Source: Acidimicrobiales bacterium (GTDB taxonomy: Bacteria > Actinomycetota > Acidimicrobiia > Acidimicrobiales > RAAP-2). Taken from it: 64,000 nt of DNA. Location: contig DATLSH010000079.1 in assembly GCA_035534235.1 (NCBI GenBank), forward strand, positions 2,640 through 66,639, given 5' to 3'. The notes under the pieces were generated by a model. That model was not told the DNA's origin and searched no databases. It saw nothing but the letters and a program-made list of their open reading frames with translations. Position 1 is the first letter of the stretch. Each line of letters begins with the position of its first letter. Shown piece by piece: positions 18,824-27,630 of the stretch. Position numbers and translations under genes: made by a program.

Positions 18824-19966
18824 ATGCCCGACCACGAGATTGAGGATGCCACCACGGTGCGCCGGGCACTCGATGCCGCGCTCGTCATTGTGGCCGATCT
18901 CGATCTGCCGGCATTGCTGCGTCACGTCGTGAGTGAGGCTCGCAAACTGACGGGCGCCCGCTACGGTGCGCTGGGGGTTCTCAATGACGAAGGAACCGCT
19001 CTGGCCGAGTTCATCACCGTCGGGCTCACCGCTGACGAGGAGAAGCGGATCGGCCCTAATCCGACCGGACTGGGTGTGCTCGGCGTGGTCATTGCCAACC
19101 CGGCACCGCTCAGGTTGGCCCATCTTGACGCGCATGCTCAGAGCGTCGGCTTCCCGGTGCACCACCCCGCCATGACCTCGTTCCTCGGTGTGCCTATCCG
19201 GGTCAGGGGCACGGTATACGGCAATCTCTACCTGACCGACAAGGTGGGATCGCCTGAGTTCAGCGACGACGACGAGGCAGTCGTGGGCGCCATTGCCGTG
19301 ACGGCGGGCATCGCCATTGAGAACACCCGACTCCATGACCAGATTCAAGAAGTGGCTGCCTTCAAGGAACGAGAGGGATTCGCCAAGGAACAGCGCGACA
19401 CGGTGATGCGGCGCATCCATGAAGCCGGGATCAAGCTCGACGCCATTTCGGCCGAGATCGGCACCGGCACCCTGTCCGACCAGCTGCAGGATGTGATCTT
19501 CGAGATCGACGGCGCCATCCGTCAACTTCGTTCCACCAACCTCGACGTGGGGCTGATCAGGTTGAAGCGGCGGGTACGCGAGCGCCTTCTCTCTCTCCTG
19601 GTCGATCTCCGGATGGTCAGAGGGTTCGACATCCACGCCACCTTCGAAGGACCGGTCGACTCCCGAATTTCCGACCAGCTCGCCGCGCAGCTCCTGGCCA
19701 TCGTCCGCGAGGCGGTCATCAATATCGGATACCACTCCCGTGCAACCGAGGCCGAGATACTGCTCACCGTGGTGGACGAACAGTGCCAGCTGCGCGTCAG
19801 CGACAACGGCCGCGACATGAGTGCAGCCCAAAGAGAGCAGGAGGGCCGCGGTCTGGACAATCTCCGCCGTCGAGCCGAGAAACTCCAGGGCGACCTCACC
19901 ATTGAGAATCCCGCGCGAGGAGGGACGGTCCTGACGTGGACGGTTCCGCTGGACTGCTTCGACTGA
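18824..19966 (+). CDS. GAF sensor histidine kinase homologue (HisKA_3/HATPase_c) lacking the H-box histidine
   Basis: ATG 18824 follows GAGGGA. The GAF domain contains GALGVLNDEG...GNLYLTDK. The DHp region EREGFAKEQRDTVMRRIHEAG aligns to the ERERIARDLHDxVIQRLF consensus with R at the His position. The ATPase region reads SDNGRDM...GRGLDNLRRRAEKLQG. Confidence 0.8.
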   Translation: MPDHEIEDATTVRRALDAALVIVADLDLPALLRHVVSEARKLTGARYGALGVLNDEGTALAEFITVGLTADEEKRIGPNPTGLGVLGVVIANPAPLRLAHLDAHAQSVGFPVHHPAMTSFLGVPIRVRGTVYGNLYLTDKVGSPEFSDDDEAVVGAIAVTAGIAIENTRLHDQIQEVAAFKEREGFAKEQRDTVMRRIHEAGIKLDAISAEIGTGTLSDQLQDVIFEIDGAIRQLRSTNLDVGLIRLKRRVRERLLSLLVDLRMVRGFDIHATFEGPVDSRISDQLAAQLLAIVREAVINIGYHSRATEAEILLTVVDEQCQLRVSDNGRDMSAAQREQEGRGLDNLRRRAEKLQGDLTIENPARGGTVLTWTVPLDCFD

Positions 19967-21300
19967 GGGCAGGGCGCACGGCCGCCTGCCTGGGCATCTG
20001 CCTGGCTTCCGTACTCCCCGCCGCGGGACAGCCCGCCACCGCCGCGACCCCTCCGGGACTCGTCGTGCGGGCGGCGCTCCCGCCCGGGAGAATCAATCAC
20101 ATCCTCCTTGTAGAACTGGAGAACCAGGGCTACATCACCACGTTCGGGACCGGCTCACCCGCCGCCTACCTCAACGGGACCCTGCGCAAACAGGGCGAGT
20201 TGCTGCAGAACTACTACGGCATCGGGCACTTCAGCCTGGACAACTACATCGCCCAGGTCTCGGGGCAGGCGCCCACTGCGGACACCCAGGCCGACTGCGC
20301 CGACGGCGGCTTCACGTTCGCCAACGTCGTCCCGGGCACCCCGGACCCCTCAGTTACGCTGAACCCCGGGCAGATCGACGGCCAGGGCTGCGTCTACCCG
20401 GGCACCGTCCAGACCATTGCCAGCCAGCTCAGTGCCAGGTATCCCCCCAACCGCGTCACCCACGTGGCGCCGTGGCGGGCCTACGAACAGGACATGGGCA
20501 ACACGCCCTCCCGGGACGGCGGGGTGACCGACCCCGGCGGGGGCTCCGACTGCGGCCATCCGGCGCCCGGGGCCACCGACACGGCGGAGATCGCCACCCC
20601 AGCGGACCAGTACACCAGCCGTCACAACCCCTTTGTCTGGTTCCACTCCGTCATCGACAACCCGGCGACGTGCGATGCCAACGTGGTGCCCCTGGGAATT
20701 CTCGGTGCCCACGGCAGCCCGGCCCCCACCGGCCACCTGGCCCGGGACCTGCAGAGCGAGAAGACCACGCCCCGCTTCGGCTTCATCACGCCGAACCTGT
20801 GCAACGACGGACACGACGGTACCTGTGCCGGGCCCGACAGCACCGGCGGCCTCACCGGCGTCGATCGGTTTCTGAGGGCCTGGATGCCCCTCATCCTCGG
20901 CTCCCCCGCCTACCGGAACGGCGACATGCTAGTGGCCATCACTTTCGACGAAGCCGACGTGGACACGTCGACCCCGGCCTACGCCGCCGCCTGCTGCAAC
21001 GAGCAGCCGGGCCCCAACACCCACGCGCCCGGGAACGCCGGCCTGGGCCGCGACACCGCACCGGGAGGAGGCCAGGTGGGGATGCTCCTGCTCAACCCCA
21101 GGTACATAGCTCCGGGCACCACGGACACCACGGGCTCCTACAACCACTACTCGGCTCTGCGCAGTTACGAGGACCTGCTGGGGCTGACCAAGGGGGGTGC
21201 GGACGGCCGGGGTCACCTCGGCTTCGCCGCCGGCGCCGGCCTGACGCCCTTCGGCACTGACGTCTTCAACAGCGCCGCCGCCGTCCGGGCGCGCCGGTAG
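19936..21300 (+). CDS. secreted phosphoesterase family protein (phospholipase C / acid phosphatase AcpA-like)
   Basis: A signal-like N-terminus (RTAACLGICLASVLPAAGQPATAA) is followed by INHILLVELENQGY, SRHNPFVWF and ITPNLCNDGHDG blocks typical of the Phosphoesterase family. Confidence 0.7.
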   Translation: MDGSAGLLRLRAGRTAACLGICLASVLPAAGQPATAATPPGLVVRAALPPGRINHILLVELENQGYITTFGTGSPAAYLNGTLRKQGELLQNYYGIGHFSLDNYIAQVSGQAPTADTQADCADGGFTFANVVPGTPDPSVTLNPGQIDGQGCVYPGTVQTIASQLSARYPPNRVTHVAPWRAYEQDMGNTPSRDGGVTDPGGGSDCGHPAPGATDTAEIATPADQYTSRHNPFVWFHSVIDNPATCDANVVPLGILGAHGSPAPTGHLARDLQSEKTTPRFGFITPNLCNDGHDGTCAGPDSTGGLTGVDRFLRAWMPLILGSPAYRNGDMLVAITFDEADVDTSTPAYAAACCNEQPGPNTHAPGNAGLGRDTAPGGGQVGMLLLNPRYIAPGTTDTTGSYNHYSALRSYEDLLGLTKGGADGRGHLGFAAGAGLTPFGTDVFNSAAAVRARR

Positions 21301-21422
21301 AGCGACGTTCTCCGGGGCCGACCCGGTCGGATGAGCCGATTCCGTTGGCGACCCCAAAGGGAACAGCAGACACTCGTCGGGACCGTTCTCCCTTGTCAGT
21401 GGTCTAAGCACAGAGGAGTACG

Positions 21423-21800
21423 ATGACGTTGATGGATGAGGTGGAGCGAAACCGGCTGCTCGACACCCTGCGCCAGGACGGCGGGTTCCGGGCTGAACTG
21501 CGCCGCGAGATCCTCTCGGCGGAGCTCCTCGGCGTACCCCAATCCGTGGAGGTCCTGGTTGAGCGCGCTACCCGGAACGAACGAGAGATGGCAGAGACCC
21601 GCGGCGATGTGACAACTCTCGTGGACACGACCCGACAGCTCCTCGTGATCACACAGAACTTGGCCACCGAAATGCGCCAGGGGTTCCGGGCCATCGACGA
21701 GCGGTTCAACACCATGGACGCCCAGTTCATCGCCATGGGGGCAAGGTTCGATCAGATCGAGGCGGAGATCCGCGCCCTCAAGCAACCACCTACCTCATAG
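21423..21800 (+). CDS. hypothetical coiled-coil protein (paralogue of 39740..40096)
   Basis: ATG follows GAGGAG. The product begins MTLMDEVERNRLLDTLRQDGGFRAELRREILSAELLGVPQ. It is clearly homologous to the product of 39740..40096. Confidence 0.6.
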   Translation: MTLMDEVERNRLLDTLRQDGGFRAELRREILSAELLGVPQSVEVLVERATRNEREMAETRGDVTTLVDTTRQLLVITQNLATEMRQGFRAIDERFNTMDAQFIAMGARFDQIEAEIRALKQPPTS

Positions 21801-21806
21801 CCACCC

Positions 21807-22325
21807 TCAGTCAAGGCGCCGCTGCGAGAGGCGGAACCGTTTCCCGTTGGCCACGTACTCGTCGGCCGACATCCGGATCAGCTTCAGATTGGACCCGCCC
21901 TCCCGGATCTGCGCCGGGACACCGACGGCCAGGGCACCCGGTGGCACCACCATGTTGTTGGGCACCACCGCGTTGGCGCCGACGGTGGCCCCGTGGCTCA
22001 CCACGGCGTGGTGCAGCACCACCGAGCCCGACCCGACCAGGGAATCGTCCTCCACCGTGCAGCCCTCCAAATGGGCCAGGTGCCCGACCACGCAGCCGTC
22101 GCCGATTGTGGTGGGGAAACCGGGCCCGGCGTGGATGACCGTGCCGTCCTGTACCGAGGAGCGGGCGCCCACCGAAATCGTCCCGTAGTCGCCGCGCAGG
22201 ACGGCACCGGGCCACACGGTCGACTCGGCGCCCACGGTGACGTCGCCGATCAGGACGGCGTCGGGGTGGATGTAGGCCTCGGGGTGGATCCGGGGTGCCA
22301 CGCCGTCGATTTCGTAGATCGCCAC
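21807..22325 (-). CDS. gamma-class carbonic anhydrase family / hexapeptide-repeat protein
   Basis: VAIYEIDGVAPRIHPEAYIHPDAVLIGDVTVGAESTVWPGAVLRGDYG is a left-handed beta-helix YrdA/PaaY-like pattern. The start is GTG at 22325. Confidence 0.85.
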   Translation of the reverse strand: MAIYEIDGVAPRIHPEAYIHPDAVLIGDVTVGAESTVWPGAVLRGDYGTISVGARSSVQDGTVIHAGPGFPTTIGDGCVVGHLAHLEGCTVEDDSLVGSGSVVLHHAVVSHGATVGANAVVPNNMVVPPGALAVGVPAQIREGGSNLKLIRMSADEYVANGKRFRLSQRRLD

Positions 22326-22336
22326 GGGCGGCGACC

Positions 22337-22540
22337 CTACACGTGGGCGGCGATCCAGGTCACACCCTGGTAGCCGCGGTAGCCCAGGTAGATCACGCTG
22401 GCCACCAGCATCGCCTTGAAGTACCACGGGATCGGCTGGCGCTCCTGGTCGGCCAGGATGGTGCCGCAGGTCGGGCACTCGCCCTCGGCACCGAGGTCGG
22501 TGTCCTCAACCAGGGTGTCGCACTCCTCGCACCAGGCCAT
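22337..22540 (-). CDS. small zinc-ribbon membrane protein
   Basis: MAWCEECDTLV...CPTCGTIL (CxxC...CxxC) is followed by one hydrophobic helix. Confidence 0.5.
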   Translation of the reverse strand: MAWCEECDTLVEDTDLGAEGECPTCGTILADQERQPIPWYFKAMLVASVIYLGYRGYQGVTWIAAHV

Positions 22541-22556
22541 TAGGAACTCCGGGCCA

Positions 22557-23894
22557 CTACTTGCCGCCGATGCGGACCCGCAGCTTCATCGGCGTGGCCC
22601 CGAACTCGAACTTTTCGCGCAGTCCACGCTCTATATAGCGGATGTAGGTCTGGGGCAGGCGCCCGTTGGTGAAGAGGGTGAATGTCGGAGGGTCGATGGC
22701 CCCCTGAACGATGTAGCGGATGCGTGCTCTGGGTGCCGCGTGGCGCAGTTGGAGCTCCTGGGTGGCCCGATTGAGGGCCCCGGTCGGCACCCGCTGGTGA
22801 TAGGCCTCCACCGAGTCACGGAGGGCGGGAAGGATGCGGTGCACCCCCTTGCCCGAGAGTGCGGAGAGCTTGAGCACCGGGGCCGCACCGAGGAAGGCCA
22901 GGCGGTCCCCCACCCCGGCCAGCACATCGTCCCGATCGTCGACGGCAATTTTGTCCCACTTGTTGAGGACCACGATGGCCGGGCACCCCGAGACGCCGAT
23001 GCGCTCGGCCAGACGCTGGTCCTGGTGCGAAGCCCCGATGGTGGCGTCGATCACCAACACGGCGATGTCGGCCCGCTCGAGAGCCCGCAGGGCCCTGAGC
23101 ACCGTGTGGTGCTCCGTGCCGCGCTCGGTCTTGGAGGGTCGGCGCAGCCCGGCCGTGTCGATGAAGCAGACTGGACCGTCCGGTGTCTCGACCACGGTGT
23201 CGATGGCATCGCGCGTGGTGCCCGGCATGTCGTGGACGATGGAGCGTTCCTCGCCCAAGAGCTTGTTGAAGAGTGTGGACTTCCCGACGTTGGGCCGGCC
23301 GATGATGGCCACCCGCGGGGTGCCACCGGGACCGGTCCGGGCCGCCGACGCCGCTTCCCTCTCCTCCTCTTCGGTGGGCACTGGAGGGGGCAGGAGGTCG
23401 ACCACCGCATCGAGCAGATCACCGGTCCCCCGCCCATGGAGGGCGCTGACGGCAAAGGGGTCCCCCACCCCGAGGGCGACGAACTCCCATGCCGCCGCCT
23501 CCCGGTTGGTGTCATCGACCTTGTTGACCACCAGGCGCACCGGGGGACCGGCCCGGCGGATGACCTTGGCGGCAGCCAGGTCCTCCTCGGTCACGCCGGT
23601 GGTGACATCGACGACCATCAGGACCACGTCGGCTTCGGCCAGGGCGCGTTCGGCCTGCTCGGAGACCTTGGCGTCCAGGACGTCCCCGCCGGCCAACCAA
23701 CCGCCGGTGTCCATGATGGAGAAGGGCACACCCACCCACTCGGCCGTCAGGACCTTGCGGTCCCGGGTCACGCCGGGCTCTTCCTCGACGACGGCCGACC
23801 GCTCACCGACTATGCGGTTCACCAGCGACGACTTGCCCACGTTGGGCCGTCCGGCCACGACCACCATGGGCAGCTTGGTCGTGGCCACCGTCAT
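22557..23894 (-). CDS. der: ribosome-associated GTPase Der (EngA)
   Basis: There are two tandem G domains, GRPNVGKSSLVNRI and GRPNVGKSTLFNKL, plus a KH-like C-terminus. Confidence 0.95.
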   Translation of the reverse strand: MTVATTKLPMVVVAGRPNVGKSSLVNRIVGERSAVVEEEPGVTRDRKVLTAEWVGVPFSIMDTGGWLAGGDVLDAKVSEQAERALAEADVVLMVVDVTTGVTEEDLAAAKVIRRAGPPVRLVVNKVDDTNREAAAWEFVALGVGDPFAVSALHGRGTGDLLDAVVDLLPPPVPTEEEEREAASAARTGPGGTPRVAIIGRPNVGKSTLFNKLLGEERSIVHDMPGTTRDAIDTVVETPDGPVCFIDTAGLRRPSKTERGTEHHTVLRALRALERADIAVLVIDATIGASHQDQRLAERIGVSGCPAIVVLNKWDKIAVDDRDDVLAGVGDRLAFLGAAPVLKLSALSGKGVHRILPALRDSVEAYHQRVPTGALNRATQELQLRHAAPRARIRYIVQGAIDPPTFTLFTNGRLPQTYIRYIERGLREKFEFGATPMKLRVRIGGK

Positions 23895-25279
23895 GCGGCG
23901 CAGGCCGAGCGGAACGAGGTGCCCTCAAGCGCGGTGCGCAAAGAGTGGCCATCGGTTGGGACCACTTCGACGGCACGGGGGAGGTCGGCCAGGGTCAGCC
24001 CGTCAAGGAAGCGGCCCTCGTTGAGGCAGGCGTCAGGCAGAAGATAGCGCCGGTCCTTCGGCAGGTCGGCCAGCGCGCGGGCCAGGTCCTCCCCCGTCAG
24101 GAGGCCGGCCACGCCGATGTTGCCCCCGAAGAAGGCATTGGGGATGGTGACAAGGTCGACGTCGCGGCGTGGGTGCTGCGCCAGGAGCGGGCCGAGAACA
24201 CGGGCGCCGTAGGCGCCGGTGAGGACGGTGATTGGACGATGGTCGGCTCCGGCGGGCATCACGGGCAGGCGGGGCGCCCGGTAGCCTTCCGCCGGAGCGG
24301 CGTCGACGGAGGCGAAGAAGCCGTGGCGCACGCCGCCGGGGCCCTTCTTCTCAGGACGGTGGAAGGCATCGGCGAAGGCGCGGGCCATGCCGATGCCGTT
24401 CTCGTGCTGGGGGAAGCCGTCGTAGTGGCGGGCGCCCGGGAAGTCCCGGCCCGCCAGGAGGTAGTACTCGTCGGCGGCGTAGACCAGGCGGCGTCCGAGC
24501 ACCTTGCCGTAGACGGCCTGCCACTCGGTCACGGTATCGAGGACGCCGGCCGCCTCGTCGGTGGTATGGGCGCGCATCTCGGCCTCCTTCGAGAATTGGC
24601 TGAGGCCGAGGGGGACGACGCCCACCGTGGCCAGCTTGGGGTAGGAGTCGAGGACGCCGGCCAGCGTGTCCTCAAGGGCGGCACCGTCGTTGACCCCGGG
24701 GCACACCACGATCTGGCCGTGCACCTCAATGCCGCCATTGAGGAGGACCGACAACCAACGCAGGCTGGTCGCCCCCTTGGGGTTGCGCAGCATGCGGGAC
24801 CGCAGCTCGGGGTCGGTGCTGTGGATCGAGACGAACAGAGGGCCGAGGCGTTCGGTGAGGATGCGCTCGGCATCGAGCTCGGTGAAGCGGGTGAGGGTGG
24901 TGAAATTCCCGTACAGGAACGAGAGCCGGTAGTCGTCGTCTTTGAGGTAGAGGCTGCGGCGCATCCCCTTGGGGAGCTGGTAGATGAAGCAGAAGGCGCA
25001 GTGGTTGTCGCAGGTGCGGATGCGGTCGAAGACGGCCGAGGAGACCTCCACGCCGAAGGGCTCGCCCGGTTCCTTGTCGACGCGGACCAGGCGGGGCAGG
25101 GTCGAGTTGGCGCGCTTGACCATGACGGCGAGGTCATCGGCGTCGGTCAGTTGCTGGAAATCGATGACGTCGCGCGGCACCTGCCCGTTGAGTGAGAGGA
25201 GCTCGTCACCCACGACCAGTCCGGCGCGGGCTGCCGGCGACGCCTCGGTGACCGAAGTCACCGTGGGAGCGGACATCAC
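23891..25279 (-). CDS. PDZ + DUF512 radical-SAM-like protein
   Basis: A PDZ-like N-terminus (AARAGLVVGDELLSLNG) is followed by the Cys cluster CDNHCAFCF and LSFLYGNFTTLT. It overlaps the der start by 4 nt. Confidence 0.8.
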   Translation of the reverse strand: MMSAPTVTSVTEASPAARAGLVVGDELLSLNGQVPRDVIDFQQLTDADDLAVMVKRANSTLPRLVRVDKEPGEPFGVEVSSAVFDRIRTCDNHCAFCFIYQLPKGMRRSLYLKDDDYRLSFLYGNFTTLTRFTELDAERILTERLGPLFVSIHSTDPELRSRMLRNPKGATSLRWLSVLLNGGIEVHGQIVVCPGVNDGAALEDTLAGVLDSYPKLATVGVVPLGLSQFSKEAEMRAHTTDEAAGVLDTVTEWQAVYGKVLGRRLVYAADEYYLLAGRDFPGARHYDGFPQHENGIGMARAFADAFHRPEKKGPGGVRHGFFASVDAAPAEGYRAPRLPVMPAGADHRPITVLTGAYGARVLGPLLAQHPRRDVDLVTIPNAFFGGNIGVAGLLTGEDLARALADLPKDRRYLLPDACLNEGRFLDGLTLADLPRAVEVVPTDGHSLRTALEGTSFRSACAA

Positions 25280-25338
25280 ACCAGGTTAGTGGAGTGGGGA
25301 AAAATGACAGTGGCATTACCCTGAGCTATAATTAGAGT

Positions 25339-25575
25339 ATGTCCAAAGTGATGGTGTCACTTCCCGAAGAACTGATCCGGGACCTCGATGAGGAAGCTCG
25401 TCGGCGCTCCATGAGCCGTAGCGCGCTGTTGGCGGCCGCCGCCCGGAGGGAACTGGCCCGACGTGAACCTGAGATAGTCGCTCAGGCCATCGCCCGTTCC
25501 GAGCAGCGATTCCGCTCCGCCGGGTTGTTCGAGTCGGCCGAGCTGGTCAGACGGGACAGGGACCACCGGCGTTGA
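25339..25575 (+). CDS. vapB: ribbon-helix-helix (CopG/VapB-type) antitoxin
   Basis: MSKVMVSLPEELIRDLDEEARRRSMSRSALLAAAARREL. It has an AT-rich upstream region and its stop overlaps the PIN gene start. Confidence 0.8.
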   Translation: MSKVMVSLPEELIRDLDEEARRRSMSRSALLAAAARRELARREPEIVAQAIARSEQRFRSAGLFESAELVRRDRDHRR

Positions 25576-26003
25576 CCACTCTCCTAGTCGATACGTCCGT
25601 TCTCATCAAGTGGTTCCACGGCGAGGGAGAGTCGGAGCTCGCTGAGGCACGCTCGATTCGTGAAGCGGCAGCGGCTGGCGAAGTTCACGCGCGGATTATC
25701 GACCTGGCACTTTACGAAATGGGGAACGTCCTTCTCCGTGGTTTCGGGTGGGGCGCATCTGACGTCGCTGACCAGATTGACGACCTCATCGTCATCTGTG
25801 GTCCCCCGTTGGCCATGGCTGCCGCATGGCTCCGTCAGGCGGCGGCACTTGGCGCAGCTCACCGACTCACCTTTTACGACGCAGCGTGGGCAGCCGCGGC
25901 CGAATCGCTGGGCATTGCGCTGGTCAGTTCCGACACCCAGCTACTGGCCACCGGACTCGCCGAGTCTCCTGCGGCCGTGGCTGAGCACCTCCGCCTCCCG
26001 TAG
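25572..26003 (+). CDS. vapC: PIN-domain ribonuclease toxin
   Basis: LLVDTSVLIKW (first acidic residue), ...LALYEMGNVL..., FYDAAWAAAA..., VSSDTQL are the PIN acidic quartet blocks. The start is TTG. Confidence 0.85.
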   Translation: MTTLLVDTSVLIKWFHGEGESELAEARSIREAAAAGEVHARIIDLALYEMGNVLLRGFGWGASDVADQIDDLIVICGPPLAMAAAWLRQAAALGAAHRLTFYDAAWAAAAESLGIALVSSDTQLLATGLAESPAAVAEHLRLP

Positions 26004-26021
26004 GGATCTGGTCAGGCGACC

Positions 26022-26507
26022 TCAGGGAAACTGGAGGGTGATGCCGTCCTGTCCCCTCTTGGTCAGCTTCGACGTGACGGTCCTCACCAGCTTGGGGAAG
26101 GGCTTGAGGAGGGAACTCGGGGCTATGCCGATGGTCACCGTGAGAATCGACCTGGTCGGGTCGGCGGGTTCCACTGCCAGGGACCAGTCCTTCACCATGG
26201 AGGCCAGGCCCGACCTGTTGGAACCGATGATGGCGAACGTCAGGCGCTCCCCCGGCACCCACTCGACGAAGCGCTCCTGCACCCGGGTCGTGCCCACCCA
26301 TACCGTGCGCTGCGCTCCCACCCCTGAGGACGGACCGTCGATGCGGACCTTCCTCATGCCGACGCACCATTCCGACCGGGCACCCAGGTCCGCCAGCCGC
26401 TAGAAAACGTCTCCGGGTGTGGCGTTGATGGCGACGATGTTCTTCAGGACGACGGGCGCGGTGGACACCCAGGCCAGGTTCTGTGCGGTGACGGAGAAGG
26501 TCGGCAT
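26022..26507 (-). pseudogene. SRPBCC (polyketide cyclase/dehydrase-like) gene interrupted by in-frame TAG
   Basis: Track ORFs 26400..26930 (tail MPTFSVTAQNLAWVSTAPVVLKNIVAINATPGDVF*) and 26022..26357 are in the same frame. Reading through the TAG at 26402..26400 gives ...GDVF*RLADLGARSEWCVGMRKVRIDG..., a continuous SRPBCC-like 161-codon frame. Confidence 0.5.
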
Positions 26508-26516
26508 GAGGGAGAA

Positions 26517-27605
26517 GTGTTTCAGACTCCCGGTAGCGTGGAGCCTGTGCCCGGAGTGGACCGTGTCCTGCTGGCCGAACCAAGGGGGTTCTGTGCCGGC
26601 GTGGAGAAGGCCATCAAGGCCCTGGCCTGGATGGTGCGGGTCTTCGAGCCGCCGGTGTACTGCTACCACGAGATCGTGCACAACCGGCATGTGGTGGACC
26701 GTTTCCGCGATCAGGGGGTGGTCTTCGTCGACGATGTGAGCGAGGTGCCGCCGGGGGCGCCGCTGATGTTGAGCGCCCACGGGTCGGCCCCGGCAGTCGT
26801 CGAGGCGGCCCGGGCCCAGGGAGGAGTGGTGGTCGACGCCGTCTGCCCCCTGGTGACCAAGGTCCATCACGAGCTCAAGGTCCGCAGCCGCAAGGGCTAC
26901 ACCGTCCTTTACGTCGGGCACGCCGGCCACGAGGAGGCCGTCGGCACCATGGCCGTGGCGCCCGAGTCAGTACGCCTGGTGGAACACGAAGAGGACCTCG
27001 TCGCCCTGGAGGTTGAGGGCGGTCTGGAGCCCGGCACCCCGGTGGCCCTCCTGGCCCAGACCACACTGAGCCACGACGAGTGGCGGGGCCTCATGGAATC
27101 CGCCCGGCGCCGATTCCCCGACCTCTGGATGCCCAACCGCAGCGATCTCTGCTTCGCCACCACCAACCGGCAGGCGGCTCTTAAGGCCATCGCCAGCGAG
27201 GCCGACGCCGTCGTAGTCATCGGCTCGGCCAACTCGTCCAACACCGTGGCGCTAGAGACGGTGGCCCGGGCGTCGGGCTGCCCCCGGGTGCTGCGGATCA
27301 ACGAGGCCGACGAGCTGCCGGGGGACCTGGTGGGGACGGTCGGGGTGACGGCGGGTGCGTCCGCCCCCGAAGCCCTGGTGGAGGAGGTGATCGCCCGCCT
27401 GGCGCCGCGCCAGGGCGTCACCGAGGTGACGGTGACCACCGAAGACGAGTACTTCCCACCCCCACCCGAGCTACGGGAATTGCTACGGGCCGTGAGCTCC
27501 ACGCTGGGATTTCTCGCTGGTCGCCCCGGCGGCATCCGATCGGACCCGGCGGCCGAGGACCGGGCCGTCTCGGCGGCCGACGTGCTCAACGTGCTGGCTT
27601 CATGA
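26517..27605 (+). CDS. ispH: 4-hydroxy-3-methylbut-2-enyl diphosphate reductase
   Basis: VLLAEPRGFCAGVEKAI...SAHGS...LVTKVH...GHAGHEE...NSSN are LytB/IspH blocks. Alternative GTG starts lie at 26538 and 26556. Confidence 0.9.
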   Translation: MFQTPGSVEPVPGVDRVLLAEPRGFCAGVEKAIKALAWMVRVFEPPVYCYHEIVHNRHVVDRFRDQGVVFVDDVSEVPPGAPLMLSAHGSAPAVVEAARAQGGVVVDAVCPLVTKVHHELKVRSRKGYTVLYVGHAGHEEAVGTMAVAPESVRLVEHEEDLVALEVEGGLEPGTPVALLAQTTLSHDEWRGLMESARRRFPDLWMPNRSDLCFATTNRQAALKAIASEADAVVVIGSANSSNTVALETVARASGCPRVLRINEADELPGDLVGTVGVTAGASAPEALVEEVIARLAPRQGVTEVTVTTEDEYFPPPPELRELLRAVSSTLGFLAGRPGGIRSDPAAEDRAVSAADVLNVLAS

Positions 27606-27630
27606 GGCCCCGAAGTGGGAGGATGGCTCC

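Noticed and set aside
22416-24047. 543-aa plus-strand ORF
   Set aside because: It lies opposite der and the DUF512 gene, both of which have strong family signatures. The product has a low-complexity shadow composition.
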